Below the pieces are notes generated by a model. It did not search any database, was not told the DNA's origin, and saw only the letters and a program-made list of their open reading frames with translations. A stretch of 64,000 nucleotides of DNA from Phoronis australis (taxonomy: Eukaryota; Animalia; Phoronida): the NCBI GenBank assembly GCA_002633005.1, contig NMRA01000036.1, forward strand, positions 503,761 to 567,760. Direction: 5' to 3'. Within the stretch, counting starts at the first letter, position 1, and the number at the start of each line of letters is the position of its first letter. Positions 1 through 10,444 of this stretch are shown here, piece after piece. Both the position numbers and the translations under genes were made by a program.

Positions 1-1790
1 GTATTAACTCAAGTATTGGCATACACAGCAATGGCTGCCATATCCCTTAGCTAGTGTGAAGTTTTAGTGTAAGAGCACTGTGAAATTAAAATTTGGCTAT
101 GGGATGACTGTTCTCTCCTCCAGTGGTTGAGAGCATTTGGGGTTGATAAACTGACTGGTATTGTGACAGGCACAGATCCAAAAGGGGCCATGTGACGGGC
201 TGCATGAAACAGTCCCCTAAGGTTCTCTTATAGTTACGGCATTTTTGTCTGAATACTTGGCTCTTATCTCAGTGAAAATAGGTAGAGACTTAATCCTTAA
301 ATTTTGAGTAACATTTAAGAATTTAATGTATAGTTAACTCGGGGTATATATCAAAGCTAAAACCTGACGTTCAGTTTGAGACAAAAAGCTGTCAGACAAC
401 ATACCGTTACCATTTTCTTGACATAGTGACTTATTCTGTTAAAAACAAAAAATAACTGGGAGCAACTATTAGGGCAACAAAATTGTAATTACAAATTGGA
501 TTAGCCACCTTACTAACTCTCCAGTTAGTTCCACTTCATTCTCTGTGATGAAGGACGACTACTCTGAGGATGAATTCACCTTCCACCCAGTCGTCATGAC
601 GGTGAATTTTTGTCTGAATGCTTTGGCCTGTACTATATCGGGAAGTAGAAGAAATGACTATCAGTGTTTGTACAAAGTCAACAAATGGGCTGAACATTTA
701 GGGAACATTATTTATACCCTATTGGGACTGTTCCATGCCACCGTTGTCTTCTGGTCATTATTGTAGGTTTGGGCACGTTGTTACACCTGTTGCTGGTTGT
801 GCTTAGGTGTGCAATAATTCCTCTGGTGTCAAATATTTTTGTTATTGTCAGTACATTATATTCGCATGCTGTCGTGTCTCAATATTGAAATTTTGACATT
901 TCATTAATTTCTGTAACAGAGCTGTTCTTTTTAAAAAGTAATTTATAAAAATTTCTTTTAAAATGTCATTCATTTGGTGCAACAAATCCACTTATCTGAA
1001 TTTTATTTATTGATAAATTCAATGTCCATTGTTATGTATTTTGCTTTTTATTATGAGATAGTTTTCATTAACAAGATGAATTTGAACGTTTATGTGACTT
1101 AGACCAGCACAGTTTTATTAGTTGTCCGGGAGAGTTCAGTCTTTGTACTTATCGTTCAAAGTTAAGTAGTCATCTCTGTGTATAAAACTGACTAGTGTGT
1201 GCCTGCTGAATGCTCTCTAAGTGAATGTGACGTAAATTACTGGTTTCAGTAGAGTTCTATTAATTTATTTCAACGTGCATATCTTTTTATCCTGTTTTAC
1301 TACGTGCCTTAAAGATTGCATCAAGTAACGGTAAATTTTGTTTAGTTTACAGTAAAATGTGTATTTTGCTGTATAAAATTTCTCAGGAAAATCAAAAAGG
1401 AATAATTGTGTTTCATTACTGGCAGTTTGTATTTTAGTCTTCCAACACCTGGTGTGGGTTCCGTAGACACCAGAACCTTGTAGAAACACAAGGCCATGCA
1501 CCACTTATGATGTATTGTCGTGTATTGTAAGTGAAGCACATAACCACACTAGTTTTCTTTATGAGGTTCTTGTGTCAACGGAACTCAACTTTGTGAAAGT
1601 TTGAGCATTTTAATGCCGTAGCAAGGTGTTGAAAAATGAAAAAGTGACAATTTTGAAAATCACAATTTCTGCTCTAATTTTCTATAGATACTATTTCATG
1701 ATAAAACCTGACTATGTGGTCTGCATAGGTCTGATGCATGGCATCACATATGCATTCTTTTATATGTGATTTTCATTGATTACATTTCAG

Positions 1791-2005
1791 CAACTCCCGC
1801 GGTTGACCCCCGCCCAGCGAGCCCCTTGGTCGAGGAGCAGACTGCTCTGCCATCTAGTGGCTATATTCTCCATCCACCCCTGCCAACCGTTTCTTCGCCG
1901 TCTCAAGTTCCCGCCAGCCTTGCAATGACACACACAGTACCGGCAGTTCCGCTGCTGTTGAATCCTGACATCATACCCACGACGATACCCTTCCTCTCCC
2001 CACAG
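1791..2005 (+). CDS. Internal coding exon of an unidentified gene (Pro/Ser-rich, ATPAVDPRPASPLVEEQ...PFLSPQ)
   Basis: Acceptor tacatttcAG at 1790 and donor CAG|GTGAGT at 2006 (phase 0). Open frame, GC-richer than flanks. Upstream exons were not identified. Confidence 0.65.
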
Positions 2006-2412
2006 GTGAGTTTGATGTACACATTCAGTTTTGGTGATCATAACTTATCATATTAGAAAAATCTTTTTTGAATGGTAATAATGCGCCATCACCATTTGAT
2101 TTTCAGGCTGATTGGACTACTACAGCATCTCATAGATGCCCTTAGAATCATATCATATGCGATGTTCCATGGGCGCATGTCAATGCCATAGCGTTTATCT
2201 TATTAATATTTTTCTTCTAGGTAGGCATTAGAAGAGATGAGATTATGGGGTTATTGCAATTGTCAGGGTTGTAACAGACTTTGTTGCATCACAAGCAGTA
2301 AAATAGCATTTTTGATGAATGTCATGTCTTTGCATGTCTTGTCCAGTTTGAAAATAAGTTTTGATACTTTAAATACTACCTCGCTTTAATTTAAAATGTG
2401 GTTTTTAAATAG

Positions 2413-2457
2413 AACACACCAGAGAGGAAAACAGAGATAGTCTCTAGCAGCCAGTGA
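2413..2457 (+). CDS. Probable terminal coding exon of the same gene (NTPERKTEIVSSSQ*), followed by a ~1.7-kb 3' UTR
   Basis: Acceptor ttttaaatAG at 2412 is phase-0 compatible. TG/T-rich UTR-like sequence follows up to AATAAA at 4138. Confidence 0.45.
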   Translation, partial: NTPERKTEIVSSSQ

Positions 2458-4137
2458 CTAGATGATGGCTGTTGTCACCAGAGGTCGTATCAGTTGGTTA
2501 CTGTGACGACAGAACTGGCTCCCGTGCACAACTTCAAAAGAAAGATTGAGAAAACAGTGTGATCTGTGCTGAATTTGTCTGCTGCAACGACTTTAAAAGA
2601 CACGAACTTTGTGATAATGGCATCTTTGGTTAGTGTGGTTTGTTTGGGCCAAATCGAAGCCTCCACTTTTGTAAAGTGGTGATGTTCACTGTACTTTTGT
2701 TATCCTCTGTAAATTTTAGTGGTGATTGTCTGTGTTCAAGAATTGTTTTGTATAGCAATGCCGTGCTGTGAATTGCAAAACCTTGGGAATCTGGCAATGG
2801 CATCTGTGAAGTCCTGTGTCATTTCTGTGACGGGATTTGTCACTGTGATCCCAAAACTGTCATACTTGTGTGGGTAATGAATTACCTTTGAGTGGAAGGA
2901 TTTGATCCGCAGTAAATTGTGCTATTTAACTTTAATGTGTCATTCATGTCTGAATTGTTTATGATCATTTATATTATTGATTTGTGATTATTTGTTAATC
3001 ACATAGCAATGCTACTCCCCTGGTGCTTGTGATGAAGTTAAATAGCTTATACCATGATGCATTCAATGAGACAAGTGGAAATGACCTGTACTATATTCTC
3101 CCATAATTCAACATTGTGCCTAGGTAATCATTTGGGCAGCATTTTGGGTAGTGTGTTACCTTTCTGGCAAAACACTTGCTAGATGTTGCATTGCCTTGTT
3201 TCGTAACATTCATAACACATACTAGCTTTGGTGAATGTTCCCTCTGTTCCAGCTTAGACATATGGTCACTTCAGCTGCGGTCTTTACCTGTCACAGTTTC
3301 AAATTGATATTTTTTATACATCTCATTGTTAAGCAACATAGCCTAAGTCTCTGCAGGGTGTTATTAATAATTTGACATCACGTTGATGGAGGTTCATCAC
3401 AATAACTCATCGCCTGTCTGTATGTCTCCCACATAGCCATATAGTGCCACAGTGCGTGACACAAAACTTGAAAGTTATTCTCGGGTTGGTGATTAATTGG
3501 CATTTTCCATGCAAACCCAACTATTATTACTTTCAGCCAAGAACGTGGCAACAGTCATAAGCCTACAGTGAGGCGAGTCCTGAGATGTGGCATATTGTCA
3601 GTTATTGTAAAGCTCAGAAATTAATGCTAATTTTGCTAAGGAACAAGTTGGCGCTGGTGTCTATGTTAGCAAATAGTCTTGTTACAAAGTTTGCATTTTT
3701 CCAACTGAAAACAGTAAAAAATGAGTACTTTATGACTTCAAATGACCCTTTTGAGAGTTTTGCGACTTAGTTTGGCTTGAATCTGATTGATGTCTTGTAA
3801 GTAGTTTTACTGTTACAGTTTGTGGTCTGTGTTATGCAGCAGGTGGATGGATTCTGTAGACAGACCCAACGCATTGAGGATTTTGCTATTTGACTTGTGT
3901 GTATGTGTCTTCCCTGAAGTTTACATGAAGCATATTACTTAACACAATGTACACTGGAAGCGCTGGAGTGCAATACTAACAGTGATGTATTACAAAATAA
4001 TTTATTGTCAGTTGGTCTTTTCACAAGTGCCTGTCTAGGAGATTTCATGATTGGCACTTTAATTTAATTGATCCGTTGCCCTGGATTTTATTGTTAATGT
4101 TTGTAAATAATTTAATTATGTATATACCTATATATAA

Positions 4138-4143
4138 AATAAA
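4138..4143 (+). promoter_or_regulatory. Polyadenylation signal AATAAA of the upstream gene
   Basis: AATAAA at the end of an AT-rich UTR-like tract; sequence character changes just downstream. Confidence 0.45.
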
Positions 4144-5758
4144 TATGTTGTTCAAACCTATGATTATTTTCATGGCAGTCCTTTAAGGGTGAGTAACAAA
4201 CTACATCTTCTTGAGAAGCCCCTAATTATCTGACTGAGGAACATACCACAAACAGTAGGGATAGAATTCAGGTGAAACTTTAAGACATTCTTTATGCACT
4301 AATCTACAAAACGCTTTTAAGGTTTTTTTCTTTTGTAAGAGAGCTATCAAAAACAGTTTTTTATGACTTATGAAAAAGTTGCATGAAGCAAAAACGAAAT
4401 GATAATGGCCAATAGGTTCTAGTTCCTGGCGCTGAAAGTCAAAGCGTCTGGCTCCACAAATTTAGCAGCAGGATAACAGTGGAACAACAATCTTTCCAGC
4501 ACAGGAATTCCCTGCCGTTACTTAAAATTTTGTTTTTATCTTGTTTTGGATAATTTCAAAAAAGCGCAATTTCCACACTTTCACAGACAAAAATGACGCA
4601 ATTAATAAACTTTTAGTCTACGTCTCACAACGCCAGTGTCAATCACAAGTGTGCTCGCCTAAAGCCCCGGTGATTCTGCACTGATGGTCATTCCCAACAC
4701 ATCCACATCACACAAAAATATCTCGAGGGTGTGTTAAAATTGTACGGACAATAAAGCTGTGCCCAACATTTACAAAGTTCGCAGCTGTTATAGATATTCC
4801 CTTTTTAAGAAATTATTTCGACGCACCAAAGTGTCATGCAAAACTATTACTTAGATTTAGTTTTAATTTGTTAGGATATCTTCAATGTATTCAAATAGAA
4901 TGTAATTCTTACGCTCATTATCTCAAGATCACACTTCAAGCCGGATATTGCAGGTTCACATATAAGAGGGTTCGGCCGTCATGCAGCCTTCTGCGGTCAA
5001 ACGCACTGGCTGGTCTCCTGTAATACGCATTGCTCTTGTGCGACCCTAGATCAAGAGCAGCAACTAATTTCCTATTAAATCTAAATATTTGATGATTTAA
5101 TATCAAAAATATTTTAAAAAACAAAACAATTGATAACCCCTATTCTAAAAACTAAAGTACTTAAACTAATACATATATCATGCAAGAATTTCAACTAGCC
5201 TGGCCATATTTTGTGTTTATCCAAAATGGCTGCTCCCTTGTCGTTCTTGTTATTCTGCCGATTACTATTGATAGATGTATCAGTTGGTTGATATCTTCTC
5301 GTCGCGGTTCTTACGAAAAAGCAATAACACATCAGGTTTGTTTTTTGAACTATATTCATCAAACGCAGTGCTCTCAATCACCTGCGCGACGTAGCTTTTC
5401 GGGATTTCAGACGCCATGAAGTCAACTCTTATTTTCAACTCATCAACACTTCACAGTCAGCTAGTTAAACCTAAGGTCGTCACCCGACTAGAGAAGCAGT
5501 GACGTGTTCTTTATCAGATCCAGTGGCAGTGTCTTCAGGATCCTTCTCACGTATACATCGGGAAAATCAAACGTGCTCTCGGCACTCTGCTGAACTCAAA
5601 AACTTGACAAACCCACTGCTATTAGTGACCACTTTCATCTGGCCACACCCCACACCATGGGCAATGCTAGAGTTTTATCCAGAGAGGAACATTAGCACTC
5701 CTGTAAGATTAAACATGTCATTTACATTAAACTGCAACCCCCCCCCACTTAACGGTGT

Positions 5759-5907
5759 TGTAGATGTGCTTCCGGTGAATTATATGAGCCTCTGTTAGCT
5801 ACTCGCTAACGGGCAATTGCCTATTAGCTGAATGGATAGCACGCTTGCCGGTTTTATGGGGGTCGCGGGTTCGATCCCCGGGTCGGGTAATCTCGGCTAT
5901 TACTACA
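5759..5907 (+). repeat. 5' LTR (~149 bp)
   Basis: TGTAG/CTACA terminal inverted pentamer; ends 2 nt before the PBS; roughly 75% identical over ~90 nt (hand alignment) to 8807-8898. Confidence 0.7.
5818..5889 (+). promoter_or_regulatory. tRNA-derived internal Pol III promoter within the LTR
   Basis: A box TAGCTGAATGG (5825-5835), B box GGTTCGATCCC (5868-5878), T-arm CGGG-TTCGATC-CCCG, imperfect acceptor-like stem; anticodon arm degenerate. Confidence 0.7.
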
Positions 5908-5909
5908 AA

Positions 5910-5927
5910 TGGCGTAGTCGGCAGGAT
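5910..5927 (+). promoter_or_regulatory. Primer-binding site complementary to the tRNA-Ser 3' end
   Basis: TGGCGTAGTCGGCAGGAT is the reverse complement of the canonical metazoan tRNA-Ser end (ATCCTGCCGACTACG+CCA). Confidence 0.9.
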
Positions 5928-6067
5928 TTTTGGGGTTTTTTTTTGGTTGGGTGTGGTTTCCCGTACATTCTCGTAGTTTAGGCAGTGTCTTGGTTATAAA
6001 CGCCAATTCATTCCCTAACAAGTTTGTCCCATTTATTTATTTATTTATATTGCTTACAAACTCGATC

Positions 6068-7650
6068 ATGTCAGTCAGTTTTTATGTACCTATTAACTAC
6101 TGTCGTGAGTCAGAGTTGTGGGCTTTGCCGGGAGTCGACAAGGACATAGCCCGTCAGATAGTTGACTTCCGAAAAAGGTGTCCCATCGATCACCGGAATA
6201 TCTATGAGATATCGGATGATTGGGTGGTTACAAGTTTGGTGACTGAGCGGGTGGATTACTCATTAGCCCCTGTATCAGATTCCCATACATACAATTTGCC
6301 GGCAGGGTTAGCTCGAGTGGCTGACACTTGCGACAGGCTGAATACGTCCCCTAGTCCTCGTTTGGAAAGGACTGTAAGGTACCAAGGGGGTTCCCAATAC
6401 CAAGTAGATGAGGGTAGGCGCGACAGTGGCATAAGTCCCGGTGTTTATACTCCTCCTAGTAGGCGAAGAGGGTATTCGGGAAACATAGGAGGTCGGTGTG
6501 ACAGCGGTCTGGATCCCGACACTTTTATTTCTCCTGTTCGCCCAAGGGGGTACTGGGAAAATAGAGAGGGAAGGCGCGACAGAGGCGGAAGTCCCGGCGC
6601 AAGAAATGCCAGGGGGTATAAAGTGGATTCGCATGCTCCTCATAATTTAGTTTTCAAGGGCTTGCGAAATACCTGGAAAGATTTCCACTGGAAGTTTAGC
6701 CGTTTTGCTAGGGAAAACTTCTGGTCTGGTGATAAATGTTTAGCAGAGCTAAGTCTTTGCTGTGAAGGGGATGCACTCCGCTTTCTCTGTAATTTTACAG
6801 AAAGTCAGCCAGAGGCATTATATGAGGATGTGGTAGAAGCCATGAGAAAACGCTTTGGCATTTCTTCTGGAGTGCCAGGGGTGGATCAATTACAATTCCA
6901 CTCTGTGTCCCAAAAGCATGCCGAGTCCCTTCACCAGTGGGCTGACAGGCTCTATCATTTTTTTTTTGTTGGCATTCCCCCATCCTTCCGACAGTACTCA
7001 GGTTTTGCCTGGGGTTAATTGATAAGCAAATGGCTCACCATGTCCTTAATAGTGGCCCCCGTTCTTTTGACGAGGCTTTGGATTGTGCGGTTTGGTATTT
7101 GACAACCAAAGCTCTCATTCATGCACATCATCCATTCACAAATTCAAAAGTGATTGATGATGACTGCTACATGCAGAGTCATTACCCAGTCACGCCCAAA
7201 CATCCTTCTGAGGATACTATCAGCGCCTTAGTGGAGAGATGTAATGTATTAGAGTCCCGTGTTAGTTATCTAACGGAAGATAAAAAATTATTACACCAAA
7301 AGTTGGACCACATGACTCGCATGTTTTATAAAATGGAGGACAATTTCTCTAACACTAAACCAAATGTTGAGAAAGTTCGTCCGATCACTGTACCATCTTG
7401 CCATGATTCTACCCGTCCAGTTCCCATCACAGCTTCTGTTCGTCCTGTCCGTTCAACACACAAGTATGGCAAGTGCTTTAGATGTGGAGAAAGTGATCAT
7501 TTGCGTGTCAATTGTCCAAAAAACAGACCGGCTGGCGTCAAGCGGGTATCATCAGCGTTTCCAAACGTTTTAAGTTGGAGCGGACTGAATGAAAAATCGA
7601 TGTCCCAAGTAATGGGGGGGGCCCCAACCAAAAAAGACACAACCTGTTAA
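6068..7650 (+). pseudogene. gag: Retrotransposon Gag (N-terminal HhH, capsid-like core, coiled coil, CCHC knuckle), frameshifted at ~6958-7000
   Basis: ATG at 6068. Capsid-like WKDFHWKFSRFA...W...L..CCEGDA...MRKRFG and Q...ESL..WADR. After the T10 run it continues in another frame as RFCLGLIDKQMAHH. CX2CX4HX4C knuckle CFRCGESDHLRVNC at 7474-7515. Confidence 0.85.
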
Positions 7651-8805
7651 CATAAAGACAATGTGATAGTTCCCATTTGAAGATGGAGATAAAACAACTG
7701 TTAAATCAGATAAAACCAATAAAAAGCGTTTGAAGTGCCAGCACACCCCAAATGGACAGTAAAATAGTAGACAGAGTTTTCCAAACGAACAACACATTAG
7801 AATAAACATTTTTGTGAATGATGTTAATTCCCGGGTGGGCCTCACTTCTTTTAGGGAAGGGGAGAATGTTGTAATTATAGTAAACATCATTCGTCCTTGT
7901 CCTTGTCCTGTGCTGTCCTGTGATTCGTCCATGTGATAGTTCCCGGATGGCACCAGCATAAAAACATCACCAAACCCGGGAACTTGGCCTGTCAAATCTG
8001 GACCTTGGTGAAAGCTGGTTGTGTAGGCTTTCAGCCGTACAGATTGGCCGTACATTGTAAGTACTCTCCGTGAGGCATAACTAGTGAACCTGTGTAGAAA
8101 TACAACAACGGTGTCCAGGGACTTCAAATTTATGACAAGGTGCTATTTCCGGTTTCGCAACGGCGGGAAGCTCAATCATGTGATCAAGGGCCTGAGCTGC
8201 TGGCTTGAAATGTTATGTTTAACTAAATTATAGTCTTCTAGTATGTAACTTCTCTCATTTTTACCAGTGACAGGGTCGTTGGCTGCAGTATCAGTATGTC
8301 CTGATGAGCTGGCTCTTCAAACGTGGTCTGATTAAGACTGTTCTGACACCAGAGCACAGCAAGTTCATCAGTGAAGGCACTTTCCCGTTTTTATGCTCCA
8401 CTGCATGGCTTTTCATCATTCTTCTCTTGTAAAACTTGTATGTATTCCAATTTGAGCTGCAGACGAAGGGAAACTGCCTGTTAGTTTTGTGTTTTCAATA
8501 TGCAATAGTGAAATGATGCAAAACTGGTTCTAACACTCCATTATGAGGCTCTTTCTTTATAGGAAAACCAACTTGTGACGTTTCCGATGTCTGGCGGCCT
8601 TGTGATTAAAGCCAGTGGGTTTGAATACGATATTTTCAATTTTCTCTGAGGTTAAAAAACTAGGGGAATTTTCTGTCGTGATGAGGAGAATTTTGCATGA
8701 TTTTTTAATATTTTTGACAGACTGAGAGGAATGGGGGCCATATTCCGCCCCAATTTTGAGGGATCGAGGGCCCTGAAACGATTTAATATAGAGTATTTGG
8801 CTTTT

Positions 8806-9051
8806 CGTAGAACTGCTTCTAGTTAATCATTGTAAGCCGCTGTTAGCCTCCCCCTAAGGGCAATTGCTATTAGCCGATTGGTTGGCACTCTTGCTGGGAT
8901 AGGCAGTCTCAGATAGCAGGATCACTGTTCACAGTGGTGATTCCTGTAATTAATTGTCCCACCGCACTGGTTGATCTCTCAAGTTAGCCTTGCATACTTT
9001 TGGGAGGGGGGTGCGTAGTTCTTAAACGCTTCTGGAATGGCGTGTATGCCT
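8806..9051 (+). mobile_element. Degenerate miniature LTR unit (TRIM-like): LTR copy, PBS remnant, ~80-nt spacer, PPT, start of another LTR
   Basis: 8807-8915 is homologous to the 5759 LTR with the B box deleted. GCAGGAT at 8916-8922; polypurine GGGAGGGGGG at 9002-9011; weak LTR-start similarity at 9014-9051. Confidence 0.5.
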
Positions 9052-9485
9052 AGCTTCTCTTTAAAAGTTATTTATCTCGCCTTAATTGAGGTCCACTGTA
9101 GAAACATCTACATGTTTATTGCCGAGAATCTAGCATGTGTCCATCAATGTGCAAGCGAGCTATTAGCATCCGAACGGATGCTAATTGGCAAGCGATTTAC
9201 AGACGCTTTAAGGCTTTGCATTTTGACAAAAATTTCATGGCCAAAAATGCAGCCATGATGAGATGCAACTTGTCACTTCATACATGTTGATTGGTCTGTG
9301 TGCCAAATGTGAGTGTACTAGGACTGGAATTGTCCTCCAACTGATACCATATCAACTTCTTGTGTTTGAAGCTAAACTGGCGTTCAAATTGTTGAATTTT
9401 GCCCAGCAACTCTTGCAAACTGTTGGTAATTGTTTGCTTTTTTATTCATTGTAGGACTGTGTTGCCTTCATAAAATTAGTAGACC

Positions 9486-10154
9486 ATGTTTTTGGATATC
9501 AACCATCTGCTAGGCATTGAGCAGTCAGAGGATCTGAAGGGGAAGATGGTGGCTGCATGTAGTTCTAATACAGATGGCAGTTTTTTAATTCACCATTTCC
9601 TGACTATGTTTTTGAAACAAAATCAGCCTGTGTGTTTTCTTACTTTGGGACAGTCATTTGGCCACTACAATGCTGTTGCATTAAAACTTGGTGTTAACCT
9701 GAAAACTGCTAGAGACAGTGACCAGCTGCATGTTGTTGAAGGACTGAAGTTATTTAGAACAAGACTGTACAATCCTACGAAAAATGCGAATCCATCTGTT
9801 AATTTGTTTGATTTTTTGGAGAGAGAGGATGGATCATTACAGTCGATGTATAATATTCTTAAGGAGGTGTTTATCGTTGCGTCACAGAGAGGCTCATGTG
9901 CACTGCTTCTCATTGACGACATACGAGTGCTAACTAGTGTGGGGGCTTCAGGGAAACAAGTCATGACAATGATGCACCAATTGAGACATATGGTTGCTGG
10001 ATATGGGGGTTGCTTAGCAACGTTACTCAGCACTGATAGATATGGTGAAGATGAGGTCAACGCTTTGCTGTGGAGGTGGTTTTGTCATGAGAGTGACCTT
10101 ACAATACACATGTATGGACTGGACTCTGGCTATTGTAAAGAAGTACATGGTGAG
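9486..10154 (+). CDS. ELP6: Elongator complex protein 6, coding exon 1 (223 aa)
   Basis: DGSFLIHHFL...QSFGHYNAVALKLGVNL...LLLIDD...GLDSGYCKEVHGE is typical of ELP6. Acceptor at 9454 (5' UTR part 9455-9485); donor GAG|GTAGGT at 10155, phase 0. Confidence 0.92.
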
Positions 10155-10444
10155 GTAGGTTATTGTCTTGAATATAGTGCTCAGTTAATACCGGTAGTTT
10201 TATCTTCCAATACAGACCTGGGGTGACTAGCTTGAAGCCAGCTTATCTACTTTTGCCCTAAAAATGTATTTGTATGCTCCTAACCATGGTCATGTATAGC
10301 AGAAACTGCTATTGGAAGTGAGGAGTCTACTATGTTACTAAAAGCAGTAATATTATCCAGTTTAAAGACAATTTTACCAAGTTCTGGTAAAATTGCAGCT
10401 AAAAAGTTGCTTGAAAATCATCAATGCCATTGATCTTATTTCTC

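Larger units (their letters stand above)
5759..8805 (+). mobile_element. Gag-only Ty3/Gypsy-type LTR retroelement with a short tRNA-containing LTR
   Basis: LTR TGTAG(5759)...CTACA(5907), then PBS at 5910 and gag at 6068-7650. No RT, RNase H or integrase motifs seen in 7650-8800. A homologous LTR copy starts at ~8806. Right boundary approximate. Confidence 0.8.

Noticed and set aside
5818-5889. Functional tRNA gene
   Set aside because: The anticodon arm does not pair, the acceptor stem is imperfect, and it lies inside an LTR. Treated as a tRNA-derived promoter.
5930-6067. N-terminal 46 aa of ORF 5930..7018
   Set aside because: Starts at a non-ATG codon in the T-rich leader after the PBS; the first ATG is 6068.
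8300-8330. Hammerhead core CTGATGAGCTGGCTC inside the retroelement
   Set aside because: No GAAA follows the hairpin (it reads TTCAAAC) and there is no stem I.
7570-8800. pol gene, or the 185-aa minus-strand ORF as a real gene
   Set aside because: No protease D(T/S)G, RT YxDD or integrase motifs seen; the antisense ORF has no recognisable features.
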